A program made the translations under genes and the position numbers. A stretch of DNA of 64,000 nucleotides from a virus: the IMG/VR virus record IMGVR_UViG_3300044941_000276, positions 32,001-96,000 of that record. One strand, written 5' to 3'. The first letter of the stretch is position 1, and each line of letters begins with the position of its first letter. Positions 50,257 to 57,852 of this stretch are shown here, piece by piece. The notes under the pieces were generated by a model that worked only from the letters and a program-made list of their open reading frames with translations, ran no database searches and was not told where the DNA came from.

Positions 50257-50905
50257 CGAGGTCTCCCCTTTTTTCCCCTTGCTGCCATTTAATGGGTAAA
50301 ACGGCAAGGGGGTTTTAAAGCCCTGTCAGGCGAAATTGAAGATGACAGGGCATCTTTCTCCCTACCTTGGGTAAGTAGGGAGATATTTTATACCCATCGT
50401 CGAGAGAGGATTCGACCCGTGTAAGCGAAGTGCTCTGGCCGGTCGCAGCACGGGTTGTTATCCATTTTTTACTCCTCACCTTGAGCAAGTGAGGGTGGGT
50501 GTTTGCTCACGTCCCTCAATCGGACTGCAAATGTAACGTCGTTATTTGATGGTTACTCAAGCCGGTTCGATGAGGGACACTTATTTGACTAAGACGGGGT
50601 CAGATAAGTAAAAATTAAACCGTCTCTGCCGAAAAGCTCGCGACGCGTTTTGCTCGCTGAGCATTGGCAGATTCCCCGAAAGGGGAAATTAGCGCCCCTT
50701 AAGTGGGGCTTTAGCTTGTCCGTACCATACCGGACTTAAACATAGTATGGTAAGCCTTTGTACTAGGCTTTGATTGAGGGGTAAAACCCAAGAGAAGGTA
50801 CAAAGACCGTCACCTAGCATCGCTTTTTATGGCTTTAATCATGCTATAGGTAGAATCAGAAGACGGCGCGCACAGGGTTCTTTATGAGCTTCTTACCTGT
50901 GCAAA
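50257..50905 (+). ncRNA. Structured non-coding segment 2 (at least 4 pseudoknots, one AATTGAAGA hairpin)
   Basis: No ORF over about 650 nt; almost continuous inverted repeats; see findings. Confidence 0.65.
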
Positions 50906-50912
50906 ATAAGTT

Positions 50913-50986
50913 ACTCCCATAGCTCAACTGGATAGAGCAACTGCCTTCTAAGCAGTAGGTTGCAAGTTCGAATCTTGCTAGGGGTA
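50913..50986 (+). tRNA. tRNA-Arg(TCT)
   Basis: ACTCCCA-TAGCTCAACTGGATAGAGCA-ACTGC-cttctaa-GCAGT...GCAAG-TTCGAAT-CTTGC-TAGGGGT-A; one acceptor mismatch, no encoded CCA. Confidence 0.9.
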
Positions 50987-51028
50987 CGATTAAAAAACCT
51001 AATCACAATTAAAAAAACAAAAAACGTT

Positions 51029-51445
51029 ATGAACAAGAACACATTCGTTTTTGTGATCACCATGTTGGTGGTCACAATCTTTTTGGCTGCCGCTGCGGTA
51101 GCCAAGCCCCGCCCGAAATGGGTGCGGGTTAGCCACTCTATCTTATCAACCGTTGACCGTATCGACCGAGATACGGTTGCAATTAAGCTCACCTTCGTCC
51201 GCTTTGACGGCGAAGGTCGTCCTACTATTGGTCAAAATTTGGGTCACTTTATTATAGAAGTGGCCTTCACAGTCGACCGCTCAGAGGCGGTACGCATTTT
51301 AAACGGCGGGCAGTTGTCCGCCAACGGGCATGTCCTCGCCCGTATAAGCGAGGGCACCAAAATAATTCGTGACCCTGAGGGTCGCGAAATCCGCCGTATG
51401 AAAGCGGCGGATATCTGCAAGATCCTTTATGGGTCTTCAGAGTAA
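51029..51445 (+). CDS. Exported protein with signal peptide
   Basis: ATG 51029, MNKNTFVFVITMLVVTIFLAAAAVA; the longer ORF call overlaps the tRNA. Confidence 0.7.
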   Translation: MNKNTFVFVITMLVVTIFLAAAAVAKPRPKWVRVSHSILSTVDRIDRDTVAIKLTFVRFDGEGRPTIGQNLGHFIIEVAFTVDRSEAVRILNGGQLSANGHVLARISEGTKIIRDPEGREIRRMKAADICKILYGSSE

Positions 51446-51450
51446 AAAAG

Positions 51451-51485
51451 ACAAGGCGGTTTCTATGAAATCGCCTTGTTTTTTA
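51451..51485 (+). terminator. Intrinsic terminator
   Basis: ACAAGGCGGTTTC-tat-GAAATCGCCTTGT-TTTTTT. Confidence 0.8.
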
Positions 51486-52582
51486 TCAGGGTGAGAATCC
51501 CTGACAAGCCTGTGGGGCTCATGTCTTGCTAAGGCATTGTTGCACTTGTATAGGGGAAGAGTAGTAAAGTCGAGTAATATTGCTGCGTTAGGTAATACTA
51601 TAAGCATTATGAAAGAGGAATATCTATTTTGACTATATGGCGCAATGTCTGATCAAGCATTAGTGCGGACTCAAAAATCAGGCAGTGGTACAGCCTTAAT
51701 CTGTACAAATCTTTGTTTATCAAAGATTAACAAGGAAATAACCAATACCTTGTCCTAACTATGGGTAAAATAGTAGTCGTCCTTTTTTTAAATGTATTTT
51801 TTAAACCTGTACTATCGTCCCCGGATAGTACATCAATAGTGGCACAAGGAGGCCGCGAGGGGCGAAGACATATGGTCTTCAATGTTTAACAAATCGTGGT
51901 ATTGAGCTAGACCACGTTGAAATAGTTAGCTCGCCTGTCCACAAACACGGAGGTGTGACAGGTTCATGGGAGAAGAAGAGGCCGTCAATATTAAACGACG
52001 TGTCTCTAAAGAGAAAAGGGTTTCCGTGTTGCGACTGAATCTCATGTCGCACAAGTTAACGACTTGACCCGAGATATATGTAGCTCTATACATTAACAAT
52101 AACTACGTCAACAATAGATGTAGGGAGTGGTGTATATCTATATATGTACGATTTGAGACTGGACAACTCAAATCAATATGTACAATGTCCAATAGCCGTA
52201 CGCCACAACGGCTATGATATCTTAAGATATAGGTCGATATTAAAAGACCTTATCTTAGATATAATTATTTTAGTCAAGGGCATGAATCGGGGTTGACATC
52301 CCGATAAGGGTATGGAGTAAAGACCATACTTGAAAACGTCAGCGTCCGATAATCAAATCAACAATAGATTTGAGGAGGACGTTAAGGCGAATTGAAGTCG
52401 CCGTCATTTTTCTATCCTGTACGGATAGTTGTCAAAGTCGACCATGGGACTAAGACGTAAAAACAGAAAGAAGCCTAAGTCGTGCGATGCTTCGCATCGA
52501 TATGGTGAGCGCTCATGGTTATAGTAGGAGACTACGACAATGTCGTATGTCGTTATTACTACTGAATAAGTCCGAAAGGACT
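51486..52582 (+). ncRNA. Large structured non-coding segment 3 (about 1.1 kb)
   Basis: No ORF of 60 aa or more; dense hairpins; at least 4 pseudoknots; ends at the hammerhead. Confidence 0.65.
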
Positions 52583-52638
52583 CTGTCGTCTATGTGCGTG
52601 GCTGTGCATAGGCCTGATGAGGGGTTAACCCGAAACAG
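52583..52638 (+). ncRNA. Type III hammerhead ribozyme
   Basis: CTGTC|GTCTATGTGC-gtggct-GTGCATAGGC-CTGATGA-GGG-gttaa-CCC-GAAACAG: full CUGAUGA/GAAA core, stems I-III, GUC cleavage site after 52587. Confidence 0.85.
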
Positions 52639-52728
52639 TATTGCCCGCGTAAAATAAGACTGCGTTAAGGTCTTGTGAGTGATGCGTGCCCACTCAGAAC
52701 GGCATTAATTTTTTATCCAAAATTGAAG

Positions 52729-53853
52729 ATGGATAGAAAATTAATTAACGCCCTAGAATGCGAAAAGTATATACAGAAAAAACTTTTCGCGTTCAACGCC
52801 GGCAAGACGCTGGCTAGGGCGTGGAACGCGGGGGAAAATTGTCTTCTTACCGGACCTGGTGGGTACGGTAAGACGGACGGAGCTGCTTTGTTCTTTGAGT
52901 ATCTCAAAGAACAAGGGGCTTTGTCTGACGAACGTCCATACGTATTGGCGTTCGGACAGGGCATGACTGAGGAAAGGTTATTCGCTGGGTTGGATATCAA
53001 ACGCTTTCAGAATGAAGGCGAATTGGTGTACAACCTGAAGAAGGCCTTCGTATCCTTCGAATATGTAATATTCGAGGAAATGTTCGACGCATTTCCTGGG
53101 GTATTGCTTATTCTGAAGGATGTTCTTCAGTCTAAGAGCGTACGGTTAGGCGACACCGTATTTCCCTTGCGAACTAAATTTATAGTCGCCTGTACCAACC
53201 GTAGCAATGAGGAAGTCGCTACGGATAGAAGTACATGGGCTCTTTTAGAAAGATTCGTCTTTCAAAAAGAGGTAACCTGGACTTCGTGGGAAAAGTCCGA
53301 CTACCTCTCGGCTTTCGAGGCAGCCACAGGCCAGAAAGCTGATTCCGTAATGGAGGCTGTGGCAAGAATAGCTGCTGCCAGCAGCAAAGGTGAGATGAAG
53401 ATCTCGCCTCGTACTGCTGGTAAAGGTCTTAAGGCAGTAAAACAAAACGGTAACGACATTACCGTTTTGGAAGACATTCTCGGCTTCGATAAGAAGTCGG
53501 TAAGAGAAGTCTTCACTGCTATGGAAGGCATAGCAGCAGACAAGGCTCAACGTGACCACGTAGCTGCGGTGGTCGCGTTATGTAAGCAGACAGCAGCTAC
53601 TTCTTCGAATTCCGCCATTAAATTGGCGGTTGCCGCTAAACGAGTTCACGTAGAACTCGAAAAACTTAGTGGAATTCAACGTCGTGATGCGAACGTTGAA
53701 TTGTTCGAGGAAAGCATCATTGTCATAGAGAATCTGAGGGAGTCTCTATGGCAAAGAGCCAAGTCCCTTATTAACAAGCCACCAGTTGGCAGCTTGGCAG
53801 AGTTTATACAAAACTCTAGCACAAGCTCATTCGACTGGAGCTTGTTGAGATAA
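52729..53853 (+). CDS. MoxR/RavA-like AAA+ ATPase
   Basis: GPGGYGKT Walker A, YVIFEE Walker B, ACTN sensor 1, ALLERF, ISPR; likely ATG 52729. Confidence 0.85.
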   Translation: MDRKLINALECEKYIQKKLFAFNAGKTLARAWNAGENCLLTGPGGYGKTDGAALFFEYLKEQGALSDERPYVLAFGQGMTEERLFAGLDIKRFQNEGELVYNLKKAFVSFEYVIFEEMFDAFPGVLLILKDVLQSKSVRLGDTVFPLRTKFIVACTNRSNEEVATDRSTWALLERFVFQKEVTWTSWEKSDYLSAFEAATGQKADSVMEAVARIAAASSKGEMKISPRTAGKGLKAVKQNGNDITVLEDILGFDKKSVREVFTAMEGIAADKAQRDHVAAVVALCKQTAATSSNSAIKLAVAAKRVHVELEKLSGIQRRDANVELFEESIIVIENLRESLWQRAKSLINKPPVGSLAEFIQNSSTSSFDWSLLR

Positions 53854-53931
53854 TCGTTAACCCAATCTCTTGGGTTTGACTTGCATATAAGGTTAATCGT
53901 AAAAGCAAGGTAGTTATAATTTTATGGGGTT

Positions 53932-55161
53932 ATGAAAAAAAGAACCATACCCCACCATCTGTACGTTGAGCCTACGCGGCGAGACGTACAAGAAAGATTT
54001 AAGGAGTTAGGTTTTGATAAAACCTACTCTTATGATCTCGTACGGGATATTGCTAATGCGATGTCTCACGTACAGAATGGTGGGAAAGTCACTGACGCAA
54101 TGACCAACGTCAGTGATTGGGTTCTTCCTTCTGACTATAAGTCAGAGAGGGAATATCAAAGAGCACTCTCGTATCACGAGAATGTTCAAAGATTTATTTC
54201 TTCTCTTGACTTTGACAAGTTCAGTGGCAATACTCCGCTTGCAAAAGCGGCAAGTGTTGTAGCTGCACTGTCTAGTCAAGAAGGGGGACAAGGCGAGGAG
54301 GGTGATGGTCAACCCTTGCCAATCTTCCGAGGTTCGTCAGAATCTATGGAAGAAAAGGCTAAAAAGTTGGAAGAGGCAGTTGATCAAACTGTCGAGGCCA
54401 ATAAAAGCCTTGCGAGGTACATCATCAATCCTGATGAGGCCTCCCCAGAGGTGGCTCTCGCGACCTTGAACAGCGAGAATCGGGACCTCTTAGCCAAGTT
54501 AGCGCTACTTGGTGACAGGGGTAAGATACGTTCACAGCGCACTTCTCCCACAAACAAACTCACTCAAATGAGTGAGTATTCACAGGTGGGTCGTGTGAAT
54601 AATATGAGTAGTATGTTTCTCCCAACTTTCGGGTATAAATTTGCGACCAAGCAATTGGTTGTGAAAGAACCCGAACAATCAACGAGACAAACCCTTGTCT
54701 TATTGATTGACAACAGCGGTTCTATGGACGAGACCGACAAATTAAGTTGGGTCAAAGCCATAGTAGTTAACAGATTAGACGCTGTTAGTAAGGGAGAAGC
54801 TGAGTTGTATATCGGTTGGTTTGAATGTTCTCTTGATGAAGAGAACATTGTTAAAATTGCCAACAAAAAAGAAGCCATAGCTTTTTTACAAGAAGGCTTC
54901 TTGGGTAATTTTAACGGGGGAAAAACTGATATACAACGGGCCATTGAACAAGTTTGCGAGGGAATCAAACTTGGAAGGCTCGGTAATTATTCCCTCAACG
55001 GAGTTAAGCCTCAAATCGTTGTAATGAACGATGGGCAAGACTTTGTTGATAGCAATTATAAACCCAGTGTTGTGACTCACGGGTTTATCTTAGGGCGTGA
55101 CAATGACGGAATGAAGTCAATGATCGCCAATTGCGGAGGTCACTATGAGAGATTTTTATAA
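53932..55161 (+). CDS. VWA-domain protein
   Basis: LIDNSGSM MIDAS, GGKTD, NDGQD; adjacent to MoxR ATPase. Confidence 0.85.
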   Translation: MKKRTIPHHLYVEPTRRDVQERFKELGFDKTYSYDLVRDIANAMSHVQNGGKVTDAMTNVSDWVLPSDYKSEREYQRALSYHENVQRFISSLDFDKFSGNTPLAKAASVVAALSSQEGGQGEEGDGQPLPIFRGSSESMEEKAKKLEEAVDQTVEANKSLARYIINPDEASPEVALATLNSENRDLLAKLALLGDRGKIRSQRTSPTNKLTQMSEYSQVGRVNNMSSMFLPTFGYKFATKQLVVKEPEQSTRQTLVLLIDNSGSMDETDKLSWVKAIVVNRLDAVSKGEAELYIGWFECSLDEENIVKIANKKEAIAFLQEGFLGNFNGGKTDIQRAIEQVCEGIKLGRLGNYSLNGVKPQIVVMNDGQDFVDSNYKPSVVTHGFILGRDNDGMKSMIANCGGHYERFL

Positions 55162-55368
55162 TCTTTCTTTTCCCTATGCTCTACTAATAGGGATGTAAAA
55201 CGATAGTAGCTGGAAGAAAACTACCCTACCTCAGGGTTATGTGACTATAAGGGTTAATGGGTGCGCTACCATTAGAAATGTCACGCATATAAAAATCCTG
55301 CCATTGCAGGTTGAAGCACAAAACCTTACCCAGTTTTGTGTGTATATAACTCATGGGTAATAAAAGAC

Positions 55369-55614
55369 ATGGATAACTTTTTTCTTGAGTTATTTATTAT
55401 AACTCAACAAGAAAGAATTCAATCCGAGGGATTATTTTCTATCCTTTGCCGAATTGAAGAAGGCAAGGATATGAAGAAAATCCCTTTCCATTCTCAAAAA
55501 GAGATGGAAGATTTCCTCTGGTTAAACAGAGGGAATTATCTATTCATCTCTTTGGAAGAGGCTGGGCTATTAGTGTCCACCTCTCCATTTGAGAATGGAT
55601 TGGGAGTGAATTGA
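55369..55614 (+). CDS. Hypothetical protein (start 55369 or 55471)
   Basis: In-frame ATGs; the 55471 ATG directly follows an AATTGAAGA hairpin. Confidence 0.4.
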   Translation: MDNFFLELFIITQQERIQSEGLFSILCRIEEGKDMKKIPFHSQKEMEDFLWLNRGNYLFISLEEAGLLVSTSPFENGLGVN

Positions 55615-55798
55615 TTGGGGACCACCTGCACTAATCATCGGTGGGATATAAATAGAGGATTTTTTCTAACCATTCCATTTTGTAATATTACAAATAAAGG
55701 TTGAATCTGCGACAGGCATAGGGATATGTGCGAGTAATAGCAGAAGAGGAAGCCGAAAAGCTAAGTGAGTAGGCAATAACTATCCAAAAAATTGAAGA

Positions 55799-56116
55799 AT
55801 GGATATGATCAAGTTTTTATTTCCTCAGGTAGCCAAGTCTACCTTTGGAAAAAAGATGTTTAATCGCATAGCTCCTATCGTAGAAAGACTATGCGATGAA
55901 ACATCGATGATCGCAATGCCCTCAATCGCGATGTTTCTTACTTACCATCCCGGAGCTTCTGCTCCGCAGCAGATGGTATTTAATTATCTTGCAGAAGTCG
56001 CACTGCAAGGCAACTGGAGAGTATTTGTTGCGACGTATGGGGAACTCATTTCTCCTTCTGACCCATTGGCTGTATTGGGTCAAGACGGAAGAAAACAGTT
56101 CTTCCGACCAATGTGA
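55799..56116 (+). CDS. Hypothetical protein
   Basis: 105 aa; start codon at the loop/3-prime-arm junction of an AATTGAAGA hairpin. Confidence 0.6.
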   Translation: MDMIKFLFPQVAKSTFGKKMFNRIAPIVERLCDETSMIAMPSIAMFLTYHPGASAPQQMVFNYLAEVALQGNWRVFVATYGELISPSDPLAVLGQDGRKQFFRPM

Positions 56117-56463
56117 AGCTTTACGTCCTTAACTCTGCGGTAATGCCAGAAGATGGTTATTATCGCAGAGTTAAGATAAGTAGAGAGAAGGCTTCCGAGA
56201 TACTCAATACAGCCACAGAAATTGTATCTTCTGTTGGGTATCCGGAAGTTTGTCAAATATTACATGAAATATCAGGAGTTGTTGTTCCTCTTGATATTGA
56301 AAAGCGAGTAACAACATTTACTGAAGACGAGTGTACTATATTAGTATGTAAACTTGTCTTCAGGGAAAAAGCAGAACGAAAAGGAGTTAATCGTCATACC
56401 GACATTAACGAATATGAGTTCTGCTTAGTTCATTATAAAAAAAATAACCCTTTTATCAAATAA
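56113..56463 (+). CDS. DUF1874 / AcrIII-1 ring-nuclease family homolog
   Basis: LYVLNSAVMP..IS.E.A..L..IVSSVGYPEVCQIL..GVVVP..R..ILVCKL.FR matches the STIV B116/YddF layout; GY where GH is expected. Confidence 0.6.
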   Translation: MKLYVLNSAVMPEDGYYRRVKISREKASEILNTATEIVSSVGYPEVCQILHEISGVVVPLDIEKRVTTFTEDECTILVCKLVFREKAERKGVNRHTDINEYEFCLVHYKKNNPFIK

Positions 56464-56484
56464 ATAATAAAAGGGTTATTTTTT
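56440..56484 (+). terminator. Intrinsic terminator
   Basis: AAAAAATAACCCTTTTAT...ATAAAAGGGTTATTTTTT. Confidence 0.65.
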
Positions 56485-56517
56485 AATTCATTCAAATCAT
56501 AATCGTTTATCATTCAT

Positions 56518-56712
56518 ATGGAATTATATCCTATAGTAGAATGTTCAACAAAAGAAGGAGCGTCGCTTATTGTTTCTTTCTTTTGTGAAAAAGGTTTTGA
56601 CTTCTACTTTGTATTTACAGGTAATAAGAAACCTTATCTTGTAGTTACAAATAAGGAAGGTCTAAAAGCTTTTGAGCAATGGAATCATTCATTAGCAACA
56701 ATTGTTCATTAG
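56518..56712 (+). CDS. Small hypothetical protein
   Basis: 64-aa ORF. Confidence 0.5.
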   Translation: MELYPIVECSTKEGASLIVSFFCEKGFDFYFVFTGNKKPYLVVTNKEGLKAFEQWNHSLATIVH

Positions 56713-56765
56713 CAGGTTTCATTAACAACTTATTCACTTTTCATTAGCAATTTTCATTAGCAATT
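56688..56765 (+). repeat. Five TTCATTA(G/A)CA direct repeats
   Basis: Copies at 56688, 56705, 56718, 56740 and 56753. Confidence 0.75.
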
Positions 56766-56978
56766 ATGTATCAAGTCACAAAAAATATAAACGGAGTCTA
56801 TGCTGAGGCTACGTTTAAAACAAGAGAAGAGGCCTTGCGCCAAGCCACACGTTGGTTCGATTCCATGAACACTGATATTTCAGATTTATGCGGATCGTTC
56901 ATTAGCCGTATTGTTAGCGGTAAGAATATAACTTATAGATTTCAAAAAGCATCCTTAACAATAAGACATGAAAAATGA
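56766..56978 (+). CDS. Small hypothetical protein
   Basis: 70-aa ORF. Confidence 0.55.
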   Translation: MYQVTKNINGVYAEATFKTREEALRQATRWFDSMNTDISDLCGSFISRIVSGKNITYRFQKASLTIRHEK

Positions 56979-57198
56979 AATCTATGGGTCTTTTTCGTCA
57001 ATGACATTGACGGAAGAGGGAAAGTTGATTATAAATTTTCTATCGGACAATAACGAAAAGTTTATTGTTGAAATAGAATCTTTAATAAAAGAAGATGGTA
57101 GCGGAAGAAAATTTTTAATTAATCATAAACATGTAAACTCTATTAGCGGCTATGTTGACTTTGCTACTAATAAAGGTTACATAAAAATTAAAAATTAA
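56968..57198 (+). CDS. Small hypothetical protein
   Basis: 76-aa ORF. Confidence 0.55.
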   Translation: MKNEIYGSFSSMTLTEEGKLIINFLSDNNEKFIVEIESLIKEDGSGRKFLINHKHVNSISGYVDFATNKGYIKIKN

Positions 57199-57328
57199 AT
57201 TTTTACTTTTGTTGTTATTATAACAGCAAAGGTTTATTTGCGAACTCTTAACTCAATAAGTTAAACTAATTGACTTATAAAGAGTTACAAGTTCGTCTTG
57301 TAGAGCTCACCATCAAAAATCAGATTTT

Positions 57329-57469
57329 AGAGGTGGCGCTGGATGCGCCTTGGATGCTGGCAGGCGCGCGACTGTGCAACATCGGTACTGGCAAGAAGCT
57401 GAACGACGGTTCAGTGGATGTTAGCAAAGGGCTGCTCCCTTGAGGCCGGTTCGATTCCGGCCACCTCTA
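57329..57469 (+). ncRNA. Expanded tRNA-like RNA (about 140 nt)
   Basis: AGAGGTG/CACCTCT acceptor, perfect GCCGG-TTCGATT-CCGGC T arm, enlarged middle with no 7-nt anticodon loop. Confidence 0.7.
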
Positions 57470-57483
57470 CTTAAACAAACAAA

Positions 57484-57557
57484 GGGTCCATAGCTCAGCC
57501 GGTTAGAGCATCTGACTCATAATCAGGGGGTCGCAAGTTCGAGCCCTGCTGGACCCA
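57484..57557 (+). tRNA. tRNA with CAT anticodon (Ile2 or elongator Met)
   Basis: GGGTCCA/TGGACCC acceptor, TAGCTCAGCCGGTTAGAGC, TCTGA-ctcataa-TCAGG; T stem has one mismatch. Confidence 0.88.
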
Positions 57558-57598
57558 CAATCGTTCATTCACAAAAACCGCGACTGAGGTATCAGCAA

Positions 57599-57844
57599 AT
57601 GGATGAAAGTTCCTTTACAATTATGTATATGATAACGGTAGAAGTTTATGATTGTGAAAAAGGCACTAATCGCTATGCGATAAAAGCTGCCAACTTCGAA
57701 GAAGCTGTTGAAAGATATGAAGATATCAAATCACGCATCACCGTAAACTGGACTCGCCATCCAGCAATCACCGAAGAAATTAAACACCTCGATTGTACAT
57801 ACGATTCTTTTAATGAAGGTTGTATAATCATGTCTCGTGTTTAA
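57599..57844 (+). CDS. Small hypothetical protein
   Basis: 81-aa ORF; start may be a downstream ATG. Confidence 0.5.
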   Translation: MDESSFTIMYMITVEVYDCEKGTNRYAIKAANFEEAVERYEDIKSRITVNWTRHPAITEEIKHLDCTYDSFNEGCIIMSRV

Positions 57845-57852
57845 AAATATTA

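Noticed and set aside
50911-51192. Minus-strand ORF and the 5-prime extension of ORF 50960
   Set aside because: Both overlap tRNA-Arg; the real gene most likely starts at ATG 51029.
51895-51935. Resemblance to the pistol ribozyme 5-prime half (CGTGGT...ACCACG-TTGAAATAGT)
   Set aside because: No P2/P3 stems or conserved downstream catalytic segment; kept only as an H-type pseudoknot.
54431-54470. CTGATGAG in the VWA gene as a second hammerhead
   Set aside because: No stem II followed by GAAA, and it lies within a coding region.
57329-57469. tmRNA
   Set aside because: Only about 140 nt, lacks the G3-U70 alanine determinant and a tag reading frame.
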